Of a DNA stretch of 64,000 bases, positions 1 to 11,659 are shown one piece after another. The notes beneath the pieces were generated by a model. It worked only from the letters and a program-made list of their open reading frames with translations. It ran no database searches and was not told where the DNA came from. Source of the DNA: Chrysomallon squamiferum (lineage: Eukaryota; Animalia; Mollusca); contig CM022675.1 of the NCBI GenBank assembly GCA_012295275.1, positions 14,508,001-14,572,000 on the forward strand. The letters are read 5' to 3'. Position numbers and translations under genes: made by a program. Positions within the stretch are counted from its first letter, which is position 1. Every line of letters begins with the position of its first letter.

Positions 1-719
1 ATAACAGACCATGCAGGGACCATATATTGTTTAAAAAAATGTACTTGTTCTAATTAATGGTGTCTTTAAATTTTTATATTTTAATAAATGTTTCTGATAA
101 TGTATAATTTTTATTTACACTAGAAACAATCAGTCAGAATTTTCTGCCATTTTTATTTGCAATCAGCTGTTCAGATAGACAAATATCCTGAACTTTTAGT
201 CTTTTTAAAATTTTAAGGAATAATGTTGTTTGTATTTTCAGGCATAGATCTTTATAGTAATGTATTTGTGTGTATTTATGGGTGGCTGTCAGTATTTAGT
301 GCTCTGTAACTAGCTGTAGCTCTACTAGTAGTCGTAGTAGGAGGAGTAATAGTAGACGCAGCAGTCTTAGTAGTAGGTCTGCTATTACTATATTATTGTT
401 ATAACAATACTCGCAAATAATGGCAATGGTATTTTTGTAATAAAAACATTATTATGCAATAAAAAAACAATTTTGTAATAGTATTTAGTTATTTGTATCT
501 GCTGAAATGGAACATTATTTTGCATTATCTATCAAAGTTACAAAAATAATAAATAGGAATGAAACAATATGAGTACTGACATAGTAAACAGCACATTGAA
601 AAAGCACCACTTTATGAATGCACGAAACACATAAACAGACATGCACAGACATGCACACACACACACGCGTACACATACACAGACATGCTCTGACCATGAC
701 CTATCCCAGAAGAAGTATT

Positions 720-819
720 TGATAACAAGCAGCTTATCTATCCTATCTATTTATCACACCTGTTACTTCCAGTTCCACAGATCTTTTAGCCTTTTATTTC
801 TTCACACGTAATCAGACAG
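720..819 (+). promoter_or_regulatory. Candidate promoter and non-coding first exon of secreted-protein gene 1, with a GATA-site cluster
   Basis: Four WGATAR matches lie in 720-756 (TGATAA, TTATCT, CTATCT, TTATCA), followed by a donor CAG|GTAATG at 819/820. The coding exon begins with an acceptor 1 nt before the ATG, which suggests an upstream UTR exon. Confidence 0.4.
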
Positions 820-1126
820 GTAATGGTTTTAACTAATATTTATTTCCATTTTTTTGTGAAAGGGATCAAGTTTGTGAACTAGACATATTCTATAATAATA
901 TAACCATATTCAATGAATTTATCAGCCTGGCCAGGTTTAGTACAATGTTGAAATATGACGATTTATTTGATCAATCACTGATTAACTTCATACAAATGTT
1001 AGATAAATATTTATACTTTATTTCATTAAGTTACATCTGTGACGATTTTTCAAGATGTACTTATGGTGCGACACATTGTGAGTAAATATGGTTTATAATG
1101 GAGAATATATATCTGGCGTGTGTGTT

Positions 1127-1168
<42 letters not shown>

Positions 1169-1324
1169 CATATAGCTTCAAAGCACGTTGAACCAATGTT
1201 TCTCTTTTAGAGTCTATCTTTCCACATTATATAATAATACTCTATTCCTTTATTTTGGTGATTTTCTTTCTCCTTTGAAAAAAAAAAAAAAAAAAAAAAT
1301 GTTTTTAATGATATTTACACCAGT

Positions 1325-1562
1325 ATGTTTTTCTACGTCTGGCTACTACTGCTGGTGGGTTCGGTTCTTGGCGGGGGACCCTGCTCACCAAACGAAAATC
1401 TTCTTACGTTGTTACGTGGCATCCACTCGTTACCCTCGTATCCTCTCCTGTCAGCTGAAAACAAGGCACTTCTACCCGAACTGATAGCCGAGGCACAAGT
1501 CTGTCAACTCACAGCCTACATCTACACAGTGGGTTTTCACAAGATACTAAACCTTCTCGACA
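1325..1562 (+). CDS. Secreted protein gene 1, coding exon 1 (signal peptide MFFYVWLLLLVGSVLG followed by a helical region)
   Basis: Acceptor CAG at 1321-1323, ATG at 1325, hydrophobic signal peptide, and donor CA|GTAAGT at 1562/1563 (phase 1). Confidence 0.8.
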
Positions 1563-1826
1563 GTAAGTCGTTTTATATCATTTTATACTCAACACAGTAG
1601 AGAAGAGTTACAGTATATCACTGTTGTTAATACACGAGAGTTAGTAGAAGTATATCACTTTGTATTCGGCTTCTCGATAGTAAGTCCTTATTTATAGTCG
1701 AGTTAGTAACTGTAGTATATCATTTTATAGTCAACACAGTAGAGAAGGGTTATAGTATATCACTGAGTACTCAACAGACGCGAGTTAGAAGTATATTACT
1801 TTATATTCAACTTCTCGATAGTGATA
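1553..1826 (+). repeat. Degenerate tandem duplication (about 120-140 bp period) that includes the exon-1 end and splice donor of gene 1
   Basis: CTTCTCGA(C/T)AGT occurs at about 1553, 1670 and 1811; TCAACACAGTAGAGAAG(A/G)GTTA(C/T)AGTATATCACT occurs twice. Confidence 0.75.
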
Positions 1827-1827
1827 C

Positions 1828-1911
<84 letters not shown>

Positions 1912-2126
1912 TAATAATTAAATATCTGTTTTAGTGAAATCACCTTATGACAAATTTTTATTTCACAAAGAGGATTTCTAATAAATTATCAAAGTTTTTA
2001 AATTAAAATGTAGTACCACTGAACACGAAAATTTAACAAATACGTAACTTACCCACATGAAATATGTATGTGTTTTAAATAAATTAAATAATAAACACAG
2101 TCAATTAAACATCACTTTTGTTTCAG

Positions 2127-2173
2127 ATCTAAACGAAAAGGAATCACATCTCCTTAGTGGTTATCTTCAACAG
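2127..2173 (+). CDS. Secreted protein gene 1, coding exon 2 (NLNEKESHLLSGYLQQ)
   Basis: Acceptor TTTTGTTTCAG| at 2126 and donor CAG|GTATTT at 2173/2174. Phase 1 in and phase 0 out keeps the frame open. Confidence 0.7.
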
Positions 2174-2281
2174 GTATTTTATTTATTTATTTATTTATTC
2201 ATTTATGTGTTTGTTTTTTAACATACATTTTAACATATAATTAAATATTAAACTATATGTGTGTATGTGCACGCACGCATG

Positions 2282-2324
<43 letters not shown>

Positions 2325-2453
2325 ACACAATGCACATACACACACACACATTTTCAGTAATAAATTTTCCAGTTTGTTTCAAAGTATAGTTCCTAATACC
2401 ATTTGTGTGTTTACTATAATATTTTTAACTTCTGCTGGCGAAATTTCTTTAAT

Positions 2454-2496
<43 letters not shown>

Positions 2497-2605
2497 TTAT
2501 AAATATATATATATATATATACACACACACATACATTACTGCTGTTAGTATTGTGGTTAGATATAACATTAATTTATTTACGTCATTGCTCTTTTCTATT
2601 TATAG

Positions 2606-2683
2606 CATCTCGTTTTGGAGAGGAATTTAGCTGCACTGTACCCATCGACAACCAAAGTTCCACCTCACACCTTACACAGCTAA
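2606..2683 (+). CDS. Secreted protein gene 1, last coding exon (HLVLERNLAALYPSTTKVPPHTLHS*)
   Basis: Acceptor CTTTTCTATTTATAG| at 2605, phase 0, TAA at 2681-2683. Total CDS is 363 nt (120 aa). Confidence 0.65.
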   Translation, partial: HLVLERNLAALYPSTTKVPPHTLHS

Positions 2684-2716
2684 ATTATGTCATACTGTGT
2701 ACACTTGTGAATTCTT

Positions 2717-2747
<31 letters not shown>

Positions 2748-2750
2748 TTA

Positions 2751-2806
<56 letters not shown>

Positions 2807-4461
2807 CCTTTTACTTCTTTATTTTCTCAGTTTTATTTCTTTATAACTATTTTCTATGTTAATTATTATTTTTCTTCTGTTTTAAATTATAATGTTGTTT
2901 ACTTTTTTTTTTTTTCTTTTTTTTTTCTTCAATAAAACAATATTTTCAAGGTGAATCAAGGCATTTTGTTAATTTTTAGAGTAATTAAACTTAATGTATT
3001 TTTTGTTCCAGGTAAATATATTTTGTATGGGATCCTTGTTATGATTTTTTTGTTTTTGCTAAAATTAATATTTAACAAGTTTTATTTTATTTTATTTTAT
3101 TTTATTATATTTCTTTTTTATTTATTTATTTGTATTTTATTTTATTTTTTATTTTCTGGTTTGTTATATTTTGAATATTAAAAAGTCTGGTTTTGGATTA
3201 GACATAACGCATTATGTTGTATACAGTGTTAGCAAGCTATTTGCTCGTAACATCAAACGTAGGTTACTGAATTAATGTAGTTCAGTACAAATCTACGACT
3301 GTTTGCGTCAGTTAAACACACAGGCCTGATCATATCACGTGATGATAAACTATACTGGCTAATCACATGCTCGAGTATTACAGACAAGTTTCAGTTCTGT
3401 TTGATAATCCACTCAGTTACCAGAAACTCTTGTAAGACGTTTTACCATCTCCCGACCAATATGTATCTTAATTTTTAGTTTATGTATTTAATTTCTATCA
3501 TCAGTACCTACATTATATACATTCCATAAGTATTTCACTAAGTTAATTTTGTGTAAGTTTTCAAGACAATTCACTAGCGATACGATTTACAGATCACATG
3601 ACAAGATTTAAAATTATTTTAAGATACAAATTTTATACTAAAAAAGACACAGATAAAAAAAAAATATAGACGAACGGACTAATGTACACAGAACTCAGCA
3701 CATATGCTAAAAATGAAGACAAAAGTAAAGATCAACGTTAATTACTACAACAACCTCCACGACTGGATGTACTACTATTTAAAACTAATGCGTGAAAAAT
3801 AAATAAACAAAACTAAAACAACAGTTGATTGTTAAGAGAGATATATTTAGCTGATGGCTTGTTTGAAGGAACTACGCAGGTGTCAAAATGATCACGCGCT
3901 GGAAAGTTTGTTGACATCACGACATCTCATTCCCACGTACACTGGAAACAGTGAATATCCAGAAATGACGAACTCAGTGGTAGACTTAATCAAAGTCAGT
4001 TTAAACAATTATTTGGAATAAATAAAGAAAGAAAGAAATAAACAAAGAAATAAATACAAATAAAAACACAAAAAAAAAAAAAAAAAAAAAAAAAAACAAT
4101 CAAGGAAAACAAGTTTTTATTATTATTATTATCATCACACAGTTGAATTGCTACTTCCACTACTATTTATTACAGTACTATTAGTGCCACAATTACTAGA
4201 ACTACTTTCATTATTGCTACGAATTAGGAGGCAGTTTCAAATTTGTACAAAACAGTGGGGAAATTTGGATAGTGTAAGTAAAAATGTTTCCGGTGTCTTT
4301 ATCTGACTAGAGTTTCAGGCAAAACAAATCTTTCTGTCTTCCCCCTTAATTAAAGAGTCCCCATACGCCCAGGGCTACTTCTGCGATTATTAATATTATA
4401 CTGTTACTAATATATAACTATTATTACTACCGTAATTACAGCATTAGCTACAACAACAACA

Positions 4462-4515
<54 letters not shown>

Positions 4516-4675
4516 AAAAATCTTAGGAAATGTAGAAAGTCTAGGAACATGAAGTCAGGAATAGTCATCCTTGTGACAAGAAGAAGAAAAATGTTGTCAC
4601 TCGTCGGCAGTGACAGTCATACACGGTGCGACTAAACCCGTATATATGCCGCAAACAACCGAACAGAATATTGGG

Positions 4676-4753
4676 TTTAAAAAAAGCACACAAGCTAGAA
4701 TATCACTGTACTGTGTCTACTTCGTTTTGAACCAGTGTGATCTAGCTGTAAAG
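4676..4753 (+). promoter_or_regulatory. Candidate core promoter and 5' UTR exon of the peptide/EF-hand gene
   Basis: TATA-like TTTAAAA at 4676 (also TATATA at 4641), Inr-like TCACT at about 4703, and donor AAG|GTATTT at 4753/4754. Acceptor CAG| at 5040 lies 1 nt before the ATG. Confidence 0.4.
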
Positions 4754-4840
4754 GTATTTAAAATGTTTATTTATTTCATTATTTTTATTCTTTCTGTTAT
4801 TATTATTTATATTATTATTATTGTTATTATTAGTATTATG

Positions 4841-4884
<44 letters not shown>

Positions 4885-4922
4885 CTTTAAAGAAAATACA
4901 TTTATAGTTTGTTATCCTTGGC

Positions 4923-5008
<86 letters not shown>

Positions 5009-5041
5009 CATTATATCTATTTTCATATTAATTAACACAGG

Positions 5042-5386
5042 ATGAAGCTGTGTAAAGTCATCACGATATTGTTCCTGGTTACCATAACAACCCCCCCTGG
5101 CGATGCCTGGTTACAGTCTGTGTGGAAAGGAATACAGCGAGACGCCAAAAATCTCGGCCTCCGACTCTTTGACGAGACAAAACAGTTTGGCACTAGAGTC
5201 GTACAAACTGTCTTGACTCAGTCGCAGCAGACTGTTTGCCAGGTCGCCTGTCCCAAGGTATGCCAGGACCACATAGGAAAATGGCTTTGCCCTTTTGTGT
5301 GTAATCCTGTTTGTCCTAAAACACCTAAAACTGGACTAGGAGCACTCGGCGATACGATAGCAAGAGTGAAAAGATCTCTAGTTCAG
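5042..5386 (+). CDS. Secreted Cys-peptide/EF-hand precursor, coding exon 1 (signal peptide, amphipathic segment, 6-Cys module, RVKR site)
   Basis: ATG at 5042; signal peptide ending PPGDA|W; CQVACPKVCQDHIGKWLCPFVCNPVC; RVKR; donor CAG|GTTAGT at 5386/5387 (phase 0, 115 codons). Confidence 0.85.
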
Positions 5387-5769
5387 GTTAGTGATGTAGT
5401 TTTTAGAATATCTGTATGTGCGCGTGCGTGCGTGTGTGTGTGTATATGTGTGTTTGTGTGTGCGTGTTTGTGTGAGTTGAAGCAAATTTAAATTCAAAAC
5501 AAATTTGTAAATTAAAAAGATATTTTAAGAGTAATTATTTTGTTTACTATGTTAAACAGTTTTTTCAATTTAGATTCTAATGTTTATTTCTTTTTTCTGT
5601 TTTTTTTTATTTTTTCATTCGTTTGTTACTTATTACTTATTATTACTACTGCTACTACTACTACTACTACTACTACTGCTGCTATCACTACTACTACTAC
5701 TATTACTACTATTATTATTGTATTATTATTATTAGTATTATTATTGTATCATCATCATCATTATTACAG

Positions 5770-5932
5770 GGTCAACATTATCAAGGTCATCTAATGCCGC
5801 TTCCAAACAAATTTTCTGCTTTTGATCTTAATGATGATGGTGTTGTCAGTCTTAACGAAATGGCTGCTGCAGGAGGAAGTGACGTCACAGATCCTGGTTT
5901 CCAGAAAGCATTTTCATTGTCTGATGTGGATG
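5770..5932 (+). CDS. Cys-peptide/EF-hand precursor, coding exon 2 (EF-hand 1 DLNDDGVVSLNE and start of EF-hand 2)
   Basis: Acceptor TTACAG| at 5769, canonical EF loop D-x-N-x-D-G-x-V-S-x-x-E, and donor G|GTAATA at 5932/5933 (phase 1). Confidence 0.85.
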
Positions 5933-6071
5933 GTAATAAACTATTTATAATACTAGCAAACATGCATTTTCGTTTTGAAAAATCTGTTTTTTTTCTCTCT
6001 CTCACTTTCACTCTCTCCATTCTCCATTCATCCATTTCTTTCACGTTTTAAGTTTGTTTTATTTCTTTCAG

Positions 6072-6146
6072 GAAATGGCGTTTTGAGTCCAAAAGAATTG
6101 TATGAGGGTCCGTTTGTCTTTGAAAAGGACCTGGGTGAAACTGACT
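6072..6146 (+). CDS. Cys-peptide/EF-hand precursor, coding exon 3 (completes EF-hand 2 DVDGNGVLSPKE)
   Basis: Acceptor TTTCTTTCAG| at 6071; splicing rebuilds a canonical EF loop across the junction; donor T|GTAAGT at 6146/6147 (phase 1). Confidence 0.85.
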
Positions 6147-6560
6147 GTAAGTTACATAATACTGATTATTCTTAATACTTATGTACTATAGAAGTAATAC
6201 GTTATTTACTGCAATAATTTAATAGTAATTTAATTCTGTTTGTATCCTTATCTTCACGGTAAAATTAACTGAGCACTGAAACAATGACAGAGGAAATAAC
6301 TGTTGAAAGCAAATGTGAAGACTAGAAATCATGCGCTATCTCTGATTATTGCTTAATTTAATTTAATATGCATTATTTAAAATTGCTATTTATAATATAA
6401 TTGTTATAAAGTAACAAATAGTCTATTCCAAATTAGAAATATGTATATGCAAAGATTCATGCTAGGTCGCAGAAATTGATTATTTAATCGATGAAATTTT
6501 CTATTTCATTCGATATCGATTCATTAATGACTACTTTATTTTATTCCTAATTTATTTCAG

Positions 6561-6673
6561 ATCTTTACTGTAAATATACCATGAAGAAAATGAAAACGAA
6601 GAAAAACAAGATGTCCGCTAAAGATGTCATCTCTCAGATACCTCGGCTTACAGCCAAAGGCACAGTTCAGTGA
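6561..6673 (+). CDS. Cys-peptide/EF-hand precursor, last coding exon (YLYCKYTMKKMKTKKNKMSAKDVISQIPRLTAKGTVQ*)
   Basis: Branch-like CTAAT plus acceptor TTTATTTCAG| at 6560; phase-1 join is open to TGA at 6671-6673. Total CDS is 696 nt (231 aa). Confidence 0.7.
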
Positions 6674-7258
6674 CCTAGAGCAGCTGACATTTTACTCTGT
6701 CTTCTTCGTGCTTTTAATATTATTCTGTTGTATTTCCTTACAAACATTACCTGTGCTTTTCATTGCTGACATCATATTCGTCATCATTATCAAGTTGCTA
6801 TGCTGTTGTTTTTGCCCCACTACTCTAAGTAGTAATAGTAAGTCAACTGCTAATACTATTTTGCAGAATATAATCCTTTATACTCGTTATTAGTTTCATT
6901 ATAAAATAATTTTCACTATAGTGAAACAATAATAACGATGTCATACAAAATGTTATATTCTAACATATATAACCCCAAGTAGGTGATATTGATTCAGAAA
7001 TTACTTCATACTTTTGGAAAACTATTACATATACTGATGTCGTTTCTCAAAGGCATTTCTAAAGAGTATATTAAATGACCAGTTCCTGAATAAGGACAAT
7101 AGGCATCTCTGTATCGTTATTTCAAAATAAGTATGTATGTAAATAGATATAATTTGGTAATAAAATATATATTATATATAAAAAATGCATTTGAATGTTA
7201 TTTATTTATTTATTTATTTTTTATTTTATTTTATTTTATTTTATTTTATTTTATTTTA

Positions 7259-7295
<37 letters not shown>

Positions 7296-7537
7296 TTTTA
7301 CACCTGAAAATTATAAAATCTTTTCTTTTGGAAAGATGTCTCCACTGTTACTGTATGGCAAAACATTTCTTTCTTATGCATGGGAATATCTAACTGATTC
7401 TGAACCTCAATTCTGCAGGGGAAACAATTATTTTTTTATTGATATTCCTTTACTATGGAAAAGGATTATCTCCCTTAGTACGCAGAATCTTAATGATAAT
7501 TCTTTTTCAATAGTTTGGTTTATTATTTATTTCTATT

Positions 7538-7630
<93 letters not shown>

Positions 7631-8094
7631 GTATCTTCAGTTTATGGACGTACAGTAATATATTTATAAAATGTATAGTTATAGATAAAAAGTATATCCG
7701 AAGTAAATTTTATAATATTATCTTTCAAATCAAAACAATAACAACAACGAGTACCAGTGGAATTTATATATTTTATATAAACATAATTTATGAATTTCAT
7801 ACATTCTTTTTCTATGACATTTTTGTACATCTTTTATATACATCGTTCATCGAGTCATAATAAAAGGAGTAACATCATTGGCTGTATTGGATGAGTAATT
7901 ATTGTTGATTGGTTGATATAAATTAGATTAAAAATATGTTGTTGTTTTTTCTAAACTTATTATCTATCTACCTTTGCTATTTCCTATTGCGGGGAAAAAA
8001 AGAAAGAAAGATAGTAAGAAAAGAGAAAGAAAAATAAATTGTAAAAAGAATTAAAAAACTCAAAGAAAGAGAGTGAATTTTGTTTTTTTTATTT

Positions 8095-8130
<36 letters not shown>

Positions 8131-8521
8131 ATATGGACCTTAGTCTTTGGTTATTTAGTATCAGTTCACTACATGTTGGCAGGGACTATGTTTATCTGTC
8201 TCTGAAGGTATAGCATAAAGTGTGAAGTGTTATTAACGAATGAAATAATTATCTAGTTACAGTCGAGAACACAGGTACCGCTGTGAATGCCCTGTCACAG
8301 TAACAACAGTTATACAGTAACCTGTCAAAACCAGGAATCTTCTAAACGCATACAAGTATAGATAAGGTTACAGTGAAGTATAGCTTGTAGATTTGTTTTA
8401 GTTTTGGCCTGATAAGTTGCACGTTCAAATCTGGTATAGTGCCCAAACACTGTTTTATATATTAAAAAAATAAATTAAATTAAAAAAAATAAAAAAAAAT
8501 AAAATAAAATAAAATATTAAA

Positions 8522-8965
<444 letters not shown>

Positions 8966-9216
8966 AACTAAAAAATAAAAGGTTTCGTATCAACACAGTA
9001 AGTTTATAAAGTCACTGATTTTGATCAAACTAAGGATCAGCTAGAAACAGAAAAAGTTGTTTTATATATCACTGATATAGACACAGAATCAAATATAAAA
9101 ATATGATTTTTTTTTGTGAAGTCAAAATTCATAAAACAAAACCTGTTTTTCCAATATTCAGGCTAATTTTTGGCAATACTGACTTGAAAGTACACGAGCT
9201 TTTTCATTCCCAGAGA

Positions 9217-9331
<115 letters not shown>

Positions 9332-9803
9332 GGAAAACTCAATAGAAAATACTCAAATGTAAGTTCATTTACAACAGACATTTGTGTTTAGAACTAGCTC
9401 TTACTCTAATAAAAAGTGAGTACAGGACTATCCTAATTGTAATGTTTTCTATAGTTTTTGTTTATTACTTAAATTCGGTCTGCAGAAACTGTGATTGTGG
9501 ATTATACAGTGTAAACAGCTGCCGGTCATATGATTAAATAATTTCCATATTTCTGACATCAGAAAACAAATTATTAACGTAATTTATGAACATTACGGAT
9601 ATTCTTTTCACTGATTTGAAACAGCCTGTAATTCCTCCATTTTTTTATATGTATATATCATATTGTGTTATGGCTCTTTTGATTGGATGGCTGTTTTCAT
9701 GTACGGCTCACAACGACCCTTCCTATTTCGCTTGCGGTTGTGACCCTGTTAATTTGGCTGTCATAACCTTGTTATTTTCACACGCAAACAAAAACTGTTT
9801 CGT

Positions 9804-10025
9804 TTATGTAAGCTTCCCTTCGTTCGATTCTTCTTTTATATGTTCCAGTTCTTGATCACGTGATAGAGAACTAGCGTCTTTTAGCGAATCACTGAAGATA
9901 TTTCCCGATGACGTCACACATGGCGTCATCAAAGGTTTAAGCTGTCCTGTGACCTTGTCCCTCACTAGCTGTGCGCCTTTGACCCGCTTCCACTTCATTC
10001 TACGATTTTGAAACCAAACCTTAAC
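9804..10025 (-). CDS. Mox: Mox/Meox homeobox gene A, exon 3 (VKVWFQNRRMKWKRVKG...KLT*)
   Basis: Minus-strand acceptor TTTTCTTTTCAG| at 10026, homeodomain helix 3 matching the Meox pattern, and stop TAA ending at 9804. Confidence 0.96.
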   Translation of the reverse strand, partial: VKVWFQNRRMKWKRVKGAQLVRDKVTGQLKPLMTPCVTSSGNIFSDSLKDASSLSRDQELEHIKEESNEGKLT

Positions 10026-10527
10026 CTGAAAAGAAAATTTTAAATAATTAAGATAAAACTCAGAAGTAAAAAAATAAATAGATGCTAAACATGTAAAAAT
10101 TATTTAATTAATTTTCTATTAACTTAAAAATAAATAAATCATATCAAACAACATTAATTTTAAACTTATAATATGTATATATACACATATACATATCTTC
10201 TACTTTTTTTTTTTTTTCTCCAGTCGACCAGATTCTCACGCAAACTGTGATATTTCCAATAGTTGTTTATTGGTCAGCAATACATCGACCGGAAGTTCGG
10301 TTTCCGGACCTATTGCAAGAACATGTTTCCGGAAGATCGCATCGCCCGTAGGCAGACGTGAAAATAAACGATCGCGCGCAAAGGGGCGTAGGGATTACTC
10401 TGCCATTTGTCCAACACATGGAATACACGTATATTACACGATACTGTAATAATACGAGAAAATATTATACATATGGAATGTTAGTTTTTATCATACAAAG
10501 GAATAACTTTTTCTTCTTTCTTTCTTT

Positions 10528-10558
<31 letters not shown>

Positions 10559-11607
10559 TTTTATTATTATTTTTATTTATTTATTTATTCATTTATTTAT
10601 TTCTCGATTTCATCTTATTCTTTTTCGTATTTTTTATTTTTTCTTTGAGTTGCAGCAGCAATAGTAACAGCAGTAACTGAACTGGTAAATCGTAGCAGTC
10701 GTAGTAAGAGTTGTAGTAACTAAATACATATAACGCTAATGGATTTATATTCTTTTGAACATAAAGACGTTGTAGCAGATGAAGAGATAGAAAACGTCCG
10801 CCACACACACACGTCGTCGTAAATGTTTTCTGCACGACGCCATTTATTAACGGTCTTCCACACCCGTTATTATATGACATATTATCAATGGTTGACTAAG
10901 ATTGCGGAACTTGGCGGGATTTCCCATGACTTTCTTTGCGGTTCTGTGTGGTATGTGTGCTAAACCCATTAGTACAGTGCTAGGCTCACCACGTGTGATA
11001 GATGAAAATGCCGTGTGCAGAATACATCAGGAGTTTTTTTCTGCGCGAGAAAAAACGTATCGCTTTTCGCGTGACAGTTCTCCTAAATCAACGCCTATGA
11101 CGTCACGCAACTGTAATTTAGTGCTACTATAACGCCGCTCTACGCGGAATGTCGAAAATTCAACACAACTGCAGCGCTAATGACCATTTTATTAAGGGAC
11201 TAATGTTTTTATTATCTATTTATAGAAACAACTTCTAAGCTGCGAGGGGACTTCTAAATTACGTCTGTGAAATTCAAAATATCCGATTCCACCCATAAAC
11301 TGGATTTAAATAAACGTATCTTTCTGCTTCAATGTTCAAAAATAGTTAAATGTGATATATATATATATATATTTTTTTTTTTTTGTTATTATTATCATAG
11401 CCATATTAAAATGCAGAGTAAACATTTCTGATTAATTTATTGTCAAACTTTATTATTGGCAAAGATTGTCTTATATATAATCTACTTTACAACAACGTTT
11501 TTACTTTCTTCAGATATTTTCAGTTTTCCTTAAAGATTTATATAAATAAATTGAAAGATAAATATAATAAAGAAACACAACACACACAATAAAATAATAA
11601 TAATAAT

Positions 11608-11659
<52 letters not shown>

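Noticed and set aside
8258-8430. TACAGTAACCTGTCAAAACCAGG, resembling a pogo/Tc1-type MITE terminus
   Set aside because: No convincing matching inverted terminus could be found by eye.
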